DNA from: Nitrospirales bacterium
GTDB lineage: Bacteria > Nitrospirota > Nitrospiria > Nitrospirales > UBA8639
Assembly (NCBI GenBank): GCA_965203295.1
Contig: CBDBCZ010000018.1
Coordinates: 1,408,001 to 1,472,000, forward strand
Direction of reading: 5' to 3'
DNA: 64,000 nt
Shown here: positions 52,901 to 64,000 of the stretch, piece after piece
Position numbering within the stretch: position 1 is the stretch's first letter
How the letters are laid out: every line of letters starts with the position of its first letter
Made by a program: the position numbers and the translations under genes
The notes under the pieces: generated by a model
Told to the model about the DNA's origin: nothing
The model's database searches: none
What the model saw: only the letters and a program-made list of their open reading frames with translations

Positions 52901-54450
52901 TTGTACCTGCATACAATCTCTGAATTAAGTTAAACATTATGCGAGTAAGAAAAGTATGCTATACTAGAGTGTGGAATGAAATTGGGAAGCTGTTACCTCT
53001 CCATTTTCTCTGGTAGCTAGAGGCTGTGGCTCTTCACTCTTAGAAATAAAGTGGTCAAAACACACCTATTAAGGTTGGCGGTAGGGTGTCACACAGCACA
53101 CCAGGTCACCTGTTTTTAGGTTGTGTGTGAGTCTCAGAGTGGGTGAACATTCAATAACTCCTGTTCTGTAAAATTTCATAACATCAATTGTGTTCTGTGT
53201 GACTAATATCCCCCCACCTATGTTTTGTGCCTGCAATCTCTGAAGTAACAATGTGCAAACACAAGAAAAGTAATGTTTAATTCAAGTACGATATCTCCGG
53301 GTGGGCTGTCAGAAGTATGGTTTCTTACACGGTTCCTTCTACGATTGCTAACTGAAGTGATATGTTTTGCATACTGTCTGTACATGATGGTTGTGTTTAC
53401 ACAAGAAAAGTTATGTGTGTGCTTATCAATTAGAGTGGGGAATTATTTTGGAAGTAGTAACTGCTCCAAGTATCTCTTGTAGTTAGCGGTTGCGGCATTA
53501 TTTGTTGATTCTCACATTTTGTTATGTCATTCTGCTGTCTGTAAGGAACTATTGCATGAGCAAAAGTGAAGTAATGTGTTCTGTGTGCACATTATCAGCG
53601 TGAAGATTAAAATAGGAAGCTGTTACTATTATTCAGGTACGATTAATTTAGAGGCTTCACAGTAATCACTTTTCAAAGTTGTGTGTTTTATAAGACTGGC
53701 AAATAGGAACCTTGGGATGTATAGAAATTTCTATACCCTCAAGAACCATACTCTTTCATACCCTTGGAAAATTATGCTATTATGTTTTAAACCAGTCCTA
53801 ATAGTCAGGAAACAGCTTTGATTTAGAAGTTGAGTACTTTTTAAGTACGGCGAACAGGCTTCCATACTTATGTGAAACAGAATGTACAATTACAGCAAAT
53901 CCAGTGAACAGGATCCTTGACTGTTTCACAGTACTAAGGGAGCCAGTTCGTTGTATTTACAAAAGTACTCAACATCTAAGCCTGACTATTAGGATTTACG
54001 GTATTCCATTGTATAACTAACTGGGAATTGGTACTGAACACTTTAAATTTTTGAGAGTAGCTACTTGAGAATAATTACTGTCATTTGTGTCACTTGTTGT
54101 TGTTAATTCACAGTAAACGTACACGCATGTCACATATCACTCAGGCTCGCCCTAAGGTGCCCTGCATCTCCCTAGTACTGCGTCCAATTGCAGTAAGCAA
54201 CGTCTGAAGAAACCATGTATAGAACCCTACCCCTGACAGCCCACTTTGAGATCACACAAAGACAGGGAAGGTATAGTCCTGGCTAATTGGAAATCTGTCT
54301 CTGTGCTTCAAAAATACCAAAAGCTTCAACTTCTAAAACAAGTGACAATTAGATAAGTGATTGCTATTGCGTTAATATTTAACAAACAATGCAGTGTATG
54401 ACAGTGGTAAGCAACCCTAGAAGGAACTGTGTAAGGAACCAAGACAAATC
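49930..54450. repeat. Second, more diverged tandem/interspersed repeat array with an inverted block
   Basis: The motif CAGCCTCTAGCTACCAG.GAGAATGGAGAGGAAC...CTTCCCAATTTCATTCC..CTCTAATT recurs at ~49950, 50310, 50635, 50945, 51475, 51790 and 52300. Reverse copies lie at ~52960-53470. Confidence 0.8.
51986..52192. mobile_element. ~207 bp foldback MITE
   Basis: Long imperfect hairpin ATGCAGAAAAAGTGGAAT...AGTATAGGATAGGGCAGAATTTC / GAAATTCTACCCTATCCTATACT...ATTCCACTTTATTTCTGCAT. It interrupts a repeat unit. Confidence 0.7.
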
Positions 54451-55414
54451 ATGAAAGCAAGATGAGATTTTGGGCATTTCTTAGTCTTGAGAGGGGTATA
54501 TTCATTACAGAGACAGTGAAAAACCGAATTCTATATGAAGCACTGCTAAATGGTTGGTAGCTCGGCAGAGATTTAGAAATGAAGTGCAGGAGAGTAAAGC
54601 AGGAAAGGAACAGAGCAAGCAGCTCAGATCGATCTAGAGTCAGTAGTGGTGCTGAGCATAGTTTGGAAGCTCCAGAAGAAAGAGGAGGCAAGATGATTGA
54701 CGAGGAAGAAATGAGCAAAGAATGTTTCATACTCACCCTCCATGCTTAGAAGTAGCTAAATCTTGTGTAACCATGCCAGATAGCGCTGAGCATGGCAGTG
54801 TGCATTGACCTGCTACCGAAAGGTTGATTGGCTTTATATATAAAGTCGTAGGCATTGAGTGCCAGGGTGCACTCCTCCCCGAGTGAGTCAGGCACATGTC
54901 CAATCATTTTGTAATGATCCTCAGCCTCTGTATTTTACTAACACTAGTGTCTTTGGCTGTCCCTCACACTTGGCTCTTGGTATATATGCCATTGTGGAGT
55001 AATTCATTGAGTCATACTAGTTTCAGTTGGAGAATCAGTAATGGTTTATGGTGCTGATGATGTTGCTGCTAATAGTTTACCTTACGGTCACCTTAAATGA
55101 AGCTACTGTATTCCTGCTAAGCTTTACACTCACCAACATGCACTCACTCAGAAAGCCACACTTCTTGAGGATCTTCGCAGTTGCTCTGCAGCGACGCAAG
55201 ACCGTACACTAGCGTGCGACTATATTAAAGCTTACTACAGTACTAACGATTAGCATGCACGTGAGAAGTCAGCTCCTCCCTCCCGTTACTGCTAGAACCG
55301 CAGCCCGCAGTCTGTACACAAATATTAATATGTATAACACATCAACTTTATAGACATAAGATGATTACAAGTGGCATTGATATGCACCACTGGCTTCAAG
55401 GCAGTTCATGGATT

Positions 55415-58400
55415 TCAATTTCTTGAGTGTTTCCTGCAAAGGAAAAAACAGACACTTGTGGCAGAACCGAGGTGGGATAGGACTACGACCTCCGAGGATC
55501 ACTCCCATAGACTCTATAGTCGCAACTGCAGTCATCTCGATCCGTACCTGTTAATGTATCTACTTAGAAGTTAGAATTGTCCACAGTAGCAAAACATCAT
55601 ACTGTTTCCCATGGTTCTCAACAACAGTGGGCCAAGGAGTGAAAAAATGCTATATATCTTAAATTAATTACCAGGTCCACACCATTGGACATTAACAGGA
55701 AAGTCTTTATCTTCATGTACCCAAATAAGCAGAGGGCTTGGAATAAGCTTGCAAAAGTGCCAGTTGACAATCAATAGCACAACAGGAGAGGCCTTGTGCA
55801 AATGGACAAATCAGTGCAATCACTAGCTGGTCAAGATCATGACTGCAATGGTAACTATATACACACTTACAGAGACTATGGGAGTGGCCCTCATTCAGTC
55901 CATTCAATACCCACACATTAAACCTACAAGGCCTCTGCCCAACTTTTGCTGCGAGAGAGCCTGGGGACAAAGCTACATAAACCAATGGCAGTAGAAACTA
56001 CATCTACATACCAGTGTGAACAGGCCAAGTGTATTAGCAGCAGCACCAAGCCTGCAATTATCGACTGAGTTGCTGTCACAATGTACGCAATGCCCAAGAA
56101 CAGGTTCCGTCCACCTAGCCAGGAGATCTCAGCAAGGAAGAGAGATTTGGTCCCTTTATATTCACGCACAGGGTAGTCTGCTGTAGGTTAAGGAAACTGG
56201 CTGATAACTTTAACTTACACTGTGCAAACAACTTTCAGAGATATACACATACCTGCATATGCACCTTAAGAATCTCAGCTTGAACTGGCTAAGTGATTTA
56301 TACTAGCTAGATGCATGCTACATAGCTACCACACAGAGAGGAGGCTACATATACATCACCAGCAAATGGCTATCAAGCAAGGAGTCACTTAAATATCTTG
56401 TCCACTTCATTATGTACAAGAACTTAGTAAGCTGTTTTAGCGATGACATCATGCTTCAAGTTAGACTAATATGTGGCAGTCCCATGAGCATTATTCTACC
56501 AAGATTGTCACTGCATTCAATGTCTTATATTGCTTATTTTCTGTTAATGGGTGGGGCTCAAATGCACAGTGTACATGGAATAACTACTGATGCAACGACA
56601 CATAACATTTGAGTCCTACCCATAACAGTCACCGTGTTCTGCACAAATGTAGTGACACGATCAAAATATGCAACTGAATACGTTCACTTTCCAACTAGGA
56701 CCACAGTCATACACGCTAGCCTCCTCCCCATGCCTCAACCCAGTTTTAGTCACTTGCAGTATGAAATGTGGGGAGCTTAGGAACGAGGCCACGTACAATG
56801 TATACGACTATTGCATTAATATGAAAGATACTGTAAGTGAGAAAGATGGAGTCGTTTCCTGCAGGGAGATTAATATCACTGGAACCACTCTCTTGCAGTC
56901 GGCCATACAGTTTGCGGAATTTTGGAAATGCTGACACACGAAACCAAACAATAAAGCTCTCGCTCTCCAGTCCCCCAGGAATTTCTGAAAGATCATACGG
57001 CCAGTTGGGGGGCATGGTGGTGTCAACAAGTTCCTCAGGGCTGACCTCAGGGGCGCCGTTTGGGTTTTGGAAGCGAACACTACGGTCAGTATCCCAGGCA
57101 AAGTTGGTTCTATTACAGCAGGTCATGTTCTCACTCGTATCACGATTCATGAACATATCAAATGAGTCTAGAAGGAGAGACAAACACAATAATAATTTAC
57201 ACAGCCCACATACTTAAACTCAGACGTCTACATGAACAAGGACAAACTACACACAGGTGTGTTCAGGAATTTTACTATGCACGCACGATCCACTCTAATC
57301 ACTACATTGGAGTGCACAAAACATTGTGAATGTTCGCATTTTGCCAGATCTAGAAAAGAATTGTATTAACATTTTAAAAGTGAGATGGGCCATCACTGAA
57401 GATGCAGTATGGTGAAGCAAAAGTCGTATATGTACATGTAGATATCTAGTAATCCATCAAAACCAAAATCTGCATTTGGCGTTAGAAATTTCTTTGGAAG
57501 GTTCGCTCCCACAATATTTGCTTGTAGACTCAGAGTCCATTGTTTATAGTGGAAATTCCACTCCACTCACAACAAACAATCTACTAATTAATCCTGACCC
57601 TAAGTAAGCAAACTTGTTAAAGTATGCTCACCATTGAACAAGCTGTTTGCAATGAGTCCACAAGGTACAACAGGCATACGTGTGCCAGTAGCGTTCTCAA
57701 CATTCCGTATGGGGTTACAGTCATCGGAGGGGTTCGAGAAGCTCCCTCGATTTCCTCGCAGCTGTTTCACATTCCAGGAGTTGACGTAGCGACGGTGGTT
57801 CTGGAAGTAGTTGCCAAGACCATAGTACATGTACCACGGAGAGCGCAGCTCCTCCGGGACAGTGAAATTCACCCGGCAGTGGCAGTCTTCAAAATCACGC
57901 CTCTCAATGTTACTTAGAGCACTTATATTGGCCAGGTACTCGGAACACGTCTGGAAGTTACGTATGAAAGGGACATCACTAGGAACTGGTTCACAATTAG
58001 TATAGGGAATTTCCACCTCACGTATCTGAGTATAGATGGGATGTAAAAACAACAGTATACAACAACAATATACAACAACAGCAGTGGAATACTAATACTA
58101 TCAGTAGAAATTGGCTGAGTCTTACTATAAAGTAACGCCACATACACATGTACATGTACATGCCAACAGGGTGATATATGTATGGCCAAGTGTACTGTTA
58201 GCTTAAAGCTACAGTGCTCAACGGGTATTCCCTATAGAGGACACCTTGTTTCCATGTGTGATCTTAATTGAATCTCTATTATATAAAATTTTTATAGCTC
58301 TCCAAAATATGTACACATCGCCACTCCATATTTTCTGGCCTCAACAGTACCTACTATAGACTGTACAAACTTCACCCGATAGTGCAGACTGTTAATCACC

Positions 58401-58878
58401 TACTATAGAGTAGGTGATTTGACGCTTCATCAAACACTAATATTGATAGTGCTAGTCTCAGGGATGGTACAGAGAACGAGGCTAAACTACCAGAGTTGGT
58501 TAGGCCAGTGCCCAAGATACAAGCCGGTTAGACCATGTCTACGGGCGGGCTGTAAAGTAAATACACACACAATTCCTCGGGTTTCACCCTTGGAATTACG
58601 TGATAATGCTTAGGATAAACCATGGTCTAAGTAACATGTAGCTCGTGGTTAATGGTTAAGACTTGACTGGTATAATTCAGAGGGCTCTTACTTGAATCTA
58701 CATGTACATGCAAATAAACATCACTGTTATGTTAGGTCACTTACCCTCATTGCAACAACGAGAAAGGTAACTCCGAGAGCAAGGAAGATCACCCCAACAA
58801 TGAAGAAGACAAAAGACACATGACGGGCTGTGAAGACAGGACAGCACGCTGGAATCTGCTGCTGCACCCACTTGTTCT
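55415..58878 (-). CDS. CDC50/LEM3/TMEM30 family P4-ATPase flippase beta subunit (multi-exon; first exon not resolved)
   Basis: Phase-consistent exons: 58745-58878 (QQQIPACCPVFT, TM1), 57632-58025 (YYGLGNYFQNHRRYVNS, PCGLIANSLFND), 56832-57167 (FAWDTD, FIVWFRVSAFPKFRKLYG), 56012-56177 (NYPV, SWLGGRNLFLGIAY, TM2) and 55415-55433 (WKHSRN*). Confidence 0.92.
56178..56831 (-). other. Probable U12-type (minor spliceosome) GT-AG intron
   Basis: 5' splice site GTATCTTT (consensus RTATCCTT). Branch site TTTCCTTAAC at 56196-56187, 9 nt before the end of the intron, with no polypyrimidine tract. Confidence 0.75.
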
Positions 58879-60139
58879 CTGAAGGAAAGAAAGGTATGAC
58901 AGAACGGGTCAAGAACTACAAAGAACTTCTGTCATTTAGCAGACTAAAGTAACAACTTGAGACAGTAACTACAGTTGGGGCCTACTAGTAAGTGCTACCA
59001 TAACAGGGGCCTGAGAGCTAGACATGCACAAGTGGAAGATGCTTTGCTGAGCACAGATACAGGTGTACAGCTCAACAAGTTGCAAGGACATGCTACTTAG
59101 TGTGTAGGGTTTCATACAGGATTCTTTGCTGGAGGGGGGAGACAAATAGTGAACAGACACACGCCAAATACGCAGCATGTACAGTACATGTATGGTCTTC
59201 TATGGGCAGGGGGGGGGGGGTCTAAAAATATTTGAAAAAATAGATGCCTAGAAGCGTATTGGACTTTGGCTGCTAGTCCACTACCAAACACTTGTGTTCA
59301 AATCAATGGAATTTTTTACTAAATTCTTGGGGGTGGAGATCCTAGTGTACTGCCCTCTATACAAAACCCGAGTGTAATTTGTAAGTGATAACTGCTTATG
59401 AGCTGCCCAGTTGTGAGTACAACAGCAAATAATATTGTGGTGCCTGAGAACACTTGTGTTCAAATCAATGGAATTATGACATTAAGAAGAGAGAGCTATA
59501 TTGGAGCAGAAAGTTGAAGTATTGAAATCCACCAATGGTTAGCATAGTTTGAGGTGTGCTCAGAGAGCAGAAATTAGGCAGGAAAGACTAAGGAAACTGA
59601 AGAATATCTGAGGCTCTTAGTAATTGATGAAGATCCCTTCAAAGAATGATGAGAAGGTTTGAAACAATCACAGTGGGTTCACTCTGTTCACCTTCTTTCA
59701 GCCCTATTTAAACTAGGGCAGTCACACTTTGCTTTCTCTACTCCAGCAGCTCACGCTGACACTAATGTGGCTTTGCATGGCTATCACTGTCTGGATAGAA
59801 CATGGGCTATTTACGTATCAATATAGTATAGGCTCTTAGTAGTAGGCCAAGTGTTGTATCTCAACAGTGCAGGTTGCATGAGTTTATGAGCCTATACATG
59901 ATATGTACGTACATACATGTAGTTGTCAATACACAATTTCTATACATGTAATAGGCTAATCATTTTAGGATACAATAATATATATATATAGCATTGCAAG
60001 TAATATGCTGCAGTTTGCCTTCTGCATGATATGTACGGACATACATGTTACAGTTGGAATTGGCTGGGTCCTACTGGCAAGTGCTACTAGCGGGTTTAGT
60101 GGCTATATAAAGCTTGCCTACTGCTCCTCTGCCAAGGGG

Positions 60140-60213
60140 GCTCCAGTAGCTCAATTGGTAAGAGCATCTGACTAGTATTCAGAAGGTCCTGGGTTCAATC
60201 CCCAGCTGGGTCC
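60140..60213 (+). tRNA. tRNA-Thr(AGT)-like gene or tRNA-derived element
   Basis: D arm GCTC/GAGC, anticodon arm TCTGA-CTAGTAT-TCAGA, T arm CTGGG-TTCAATC-CCCAG. The acceptor stem GCTCCAG/CTGGGTC has a 2:71 mismatch. A T5 run follows downstream. Confidence 0.7.
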
Positions 60214-60952
60214 CAATTTTTATGTGTAATAAGCTAATCAATTTAGGATACAGTAATATAATTATAGCAAGTAGTATGCTGCAGTTTGCCTTCTGCAGCA
60301 TTAATTGCATCGCACACTATGTGCTATCTCATACTGTGATGTGCTATAATCAAAGTATTCCCAAGTATTACACAGAGGGACTAATCATGGACACATCTTG
60401 ACTCAGCCGCTGACTCATTACTGTACACGCTAGGATGTCCTGATCATTAAAGCCATCCATAGAACTAACAGTTGCTGGCCAAATCATCACTAGATCCAAT
60501 CCATCCTAATAACATGGAATCATCATTGGTCAAAACAGAGAAGCAGCCCAGAAGACTCCTACCTGTGTACGTACCTCCAAGTGAACATGGCCAAATACAA
60601 CATGTACTAGCATATCTTTGCATGGTGGAAAACCTGACTCCTTGATTACTACACAAGAACGTGTCCTACTTTCCAAAAGAGAAAAGGTGCTGGATCCCAT
60701 AACACCTTCAACGGAAAGTGAAATAGAATTCAAAAGGGAAGTTAAGCATTCATTGAATGCAGATATGCCTTTACAGACAAGGAAGAGGAACTGCTGTGGA
60801 GTTCCACAATTTATCGCATGGGCTATAACTGGTACTATTACAATAAGTTGGGTGAAATGCACTGTGCAAATACCATAGATTAATCATAATATTATAGGCA
60901 AACATGTTATCTGCATGACATGCAGTGCACAAAATCAACTCAGTATACATAC

Positions 60953-63454
60953 CTTAAACCGATGGCTTGACTGTGACTGAGCTGGAGGGTTCTTCCTATA
61001 GGAAAACAGTAATTGTTCTGCAGGATTCACAATCTTTCTCTAAGTAATACAAAATGGACAAGCTAGCTTGCTGTATGTGCCTGTATTTAGCCAACAAGTG
61101 GAATACATGTACTGGTAGGCTGGCGAGTTACGATAATCCTGTTTCGCAACTTACAGCTGCTAACAAGTCGGATAATTGTAGCTTCGTGATTCCAGTCTCA
61201 ACTGCTAGCTTCAATTTCTTCGCACCAACACATACTTGACAAAAGTGGAGACTGGAAATGAGGTTACTTTCGCTATATTTTTTTAGCTCTTGGCCTGACC
61301 TGGTACTTAGCAGAGACTTGGGAGTTTAGCAGATCTTACTTTTAACAGTTGTGGTACAGCAATATGCAAGTGTGGATGTTATGTATACACACCCATTTTA
61401 CCTTAGACATGCATATACGTATGTATGCGCATACCTTTTGCAACTTTTAGCACTTCTTTTGTGTGGAGAATATCTCACTCCAAGAGGAGTCACTGTGTGG
61501 CTTCTGTGCTTCTTTAGTCCAGGAGCTGATCTGCTACCCTGCACTACTTGCAAAATGCGCTCGGCTTCAACTTCAAGCCACACATAGCTCTGCGAGAAAA
61601 AGAAATAGTCCGGCACTTACTAGATAATTGTTTTATACTTGCAGTGGAGTACTATAATGTATTATGTATGTAAATCCAATCAATAGTTACTGTAGATGAG
61701 CTTTTAAATTAAACATAATGTGAACATAAATGTGTAGCAGGGGTGTAAGAATGGCCTTTGATAGAGCTAGCCAGATCACCTAAAGCTATTCTTTTCACTT
61801 GCACAAAATATTACAGAGGAGAAAGGTCAATAGGACTGAACATATCCCAAGAGTAGATGCTGTAGTTACGTTCCTAATTGAACATGAAGGATGGTAAGCT
61901 GGTTCGGCTGCCGCAGTCAGTGAAAGATTTGATGAAGCGTTAAGTTAAATTATCAAAGCGTTAAGTAATTTTCAAGCTGAACTTGACAATTGAATTGTTA
62001 CTATGTATTGTTTTATCAATTTTGTTTCATTGTATTGTTGCAATAGATTCTGCACTTATTGCACTATAACATTAACATAAACTATTTAAAGAAATTTAAA
62101 AATCGTTTTCCAAACATGCTAATTGGAATTTCCTCACAGGAATTGGAAGTGGTGCAATGTGATTTACGCTTCATTTGCTGTAGGTTGTTGGTCTTCTCAG
62201 CACTTGTTTCAATTCTTTCATGAAGACAACATCCAAGTGTATGGCACTACAATGAGCATGCCACTAGAACGATATGTTGTATATGTACTGCAAACCTCAT
62301 CTTTATCTCTCACACTTGCAACATTAACAGACAGTTGCTCACAGATGGAGTCTACCACATAATCATCTGGGCAGAAATAAAGGCAGACTAAAAGCTGCTT
62401 TGAAAATACATTGATACTAAACACAGCAGTAAAATCCCCAGAAAGTAGTTAAAGCTGCAGTTTCAGACACCGAGATAGTGTAATGGCCTGCATGGTTCTA
62501 GTTTAAAACTGTGGCCTTGCACGCTCAGGTGCAATATCATAGTAGAATATGGGAAAGCTGCTGCTCCTTTGTAAGAGAGACAAGAACATCAGTATAAACT
62601 TTGTACAATGTACAATTCAAATTGGGAACCGGTACAATACGAACATTATGTATGGCTTATTACATTCATCACTGTGGAAAACAGCTAAGTTATCAAAATG
62701 TTTGCATTTCTGTAAATAATTCACGATATTCAGCTACGTAAGCCTTGCTCTTAGTCTCAACTTACTTTGCATATACGTAGTACAACACACTACATACTAC
62801 GTATGTGCAAAAAGCTGGGGAGTGGAGACGAGAATGAGGCTATAGCTAACTACATATAGCACACACACACACACACACACCTCTACATACCAGTCATGGG
62901 GTTTGCTCTCAGGTCAAGCACTATGAGACATGTGTTCACTTTCAGTACTTCCAGAAGACTGACTGCCCCACCAGTAGTGACACCACAGGACTGGATGTCT
63001 ATGGCTGGGAGTTACAGAAGTAATTGTACCATCATTACAGGCATAACTGTACTGAATTTACAATCCTGTACGTAAATTACACAAGTGACTGTATAAGATA
63101 TGATTGGAACTACAATGTATGAATGTGCACACTGTACGTAAATGTTTTTTTCCACCTCACTGCTTCCCAAAGAGCTTGACTTCTTCATTTGGACTGCCAC
63201 ATTAAATAGATGATAATTATTCTACGACTCCCCACGTCCAGATGAAACCATAGAGAAGGTTGGAAGAAGCTAACCCACATGTACGTACATACCTCTGAGG
63301 CACACATCATCTCTGAGTGCTTCCGCAAACTCCTGTGCACCTTTATCACCAATGTCAACGTTGAGATTTAGTGTAACTCTGTGCAGACCTGGTATCTTTT
63401 CCAGTTTGAGCTTTTATGATCGGAGGCTTCACTTTGTCTGTGCAGGCAATGTTG
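60953..63454 (-). pseudogene. CEP78: CEP78-like (centrosomal LRR protein) gene, disrupted
   Basis: Exons: 63293-63454 (SLRS*KLKLEKIPGLHRVTLNLNVDIGDKGAQEFAEALRDDVCLR, with a frameshift and a stop), 62891-63004 (AIDIQSCGVTTGGAVSLLEVLKVNTCLIVLDLRANPM), 62296-62366, 61435-61589 and 60953-60995. The downstream phases are consistent. It resembles the CEP78 GLRRITLN...ALDLQQCG...VLDIRKNP region. Confidence 0.72.
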
Positions 63455-63850
63455 CTGCAGAAATAGTAAAGGTGTAGTAAATAAATGTAGCCTCATACTC
63501 GGATAGACCTATTACCACCGTAGTAATGTAACTGAGATGTATATCAGTACATATATGTATATACAATCTCATTACTACGTAGCTACACGCAAGAAGTTCC
63601 TTCCTTCATTACAGCAAGGCTTCTTAGGCTTCTCTCCAGTTCAATTCAGTGACAGCTTTAGTCCTTGTTTTGTAAGGCATGGTACCATACACAGGAAGAG
63701 CAACTAAAATGTGACTTCCAATCTTTAAAAGCCACTCTGGATACCTGTCTGCCAATCCCCCTTGAACAGATCTATCATGAAGTCATTCCGTTATATATCA
63801 GTATATGCAGTGATGTATATACTGCAAAGCACAAGCTTAATTAGTGTGAT

Positions 63851-63901
63851 CATAGATAGTAGAGTAGAAGGATTTCCTGTCCTTCTACTCTACTATCTAT
63901 G
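63851..63901. mobile_element. 51 bp perfect-hairpin CATAGATA-ended mini element with 7 bp TSD
   Basis: 22 bp perfect arms around a 7 nt loop, flanked by GTGTGAT at 63844-63850 and 63902-63908. Confidence 0.8.
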
Positions 63902-64000
63902 GTGTGATTAAAAGTATCTATTATAAACATACCTACACAGCAGTCAATCAACTGGAAGCTTTCTGCTTATGCTGTACACAAAGCTGCCCTGTGCAAATGT

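Noticed and set aside
54449..54930. Coding-looking stretches on both strands
   Set aside because: They contain stops and I could not assign a family. BLASTx is needed.
58969..59025. MSSSQAPVMVALTSRPQ as CDC50 exon 1
   Set aside because: Position and sequence are plausible, but I found no GT donor in a phase compatible with the 58878 acceptor. Left unresolved.
59287..59475. 27 bp direct repeat AACACTTGTGTTCAAATCAATGGAATT
   Set aside because: The repeat is real, but no element features lie between the copies. It is probably a small local duplication.

Overview
Eukaryotic, intron-containing and repeat-rich DNA. It is probably from an invertebrate, and the MITE and kelch families suggest a sponge, but that is inference only. 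The dominant structure is a ~37.7 kb asymmetric foldback (3212-40899). Its near-identical inverted outer arms enclose a hierarchical satellite that flips orientation once, at ~15751. About 19 full and 2 partial copies of a dead Penelope-like retroelement 3' end (GIY-YIG C-terminus, UTR and hammerhead-like remnant) are built into the higher-order repeat unit. Left of the foldback are a kelch pseudogene exon, an orphan separase catalytic exon and an intron-containing Ginger/GIN-type integrase remnant. Right of it are MITEs, a microsatellite, a near full-length CR1/L2-group LINE with a candidate -1 frameshift site, and a second older repeat array. Further right are a CDC50/TMEM30 gene with a U12-type intron, a tRNA-Thr-like insert and a disrupted CEP78-like gene. 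All calls were made by eye without database searches.
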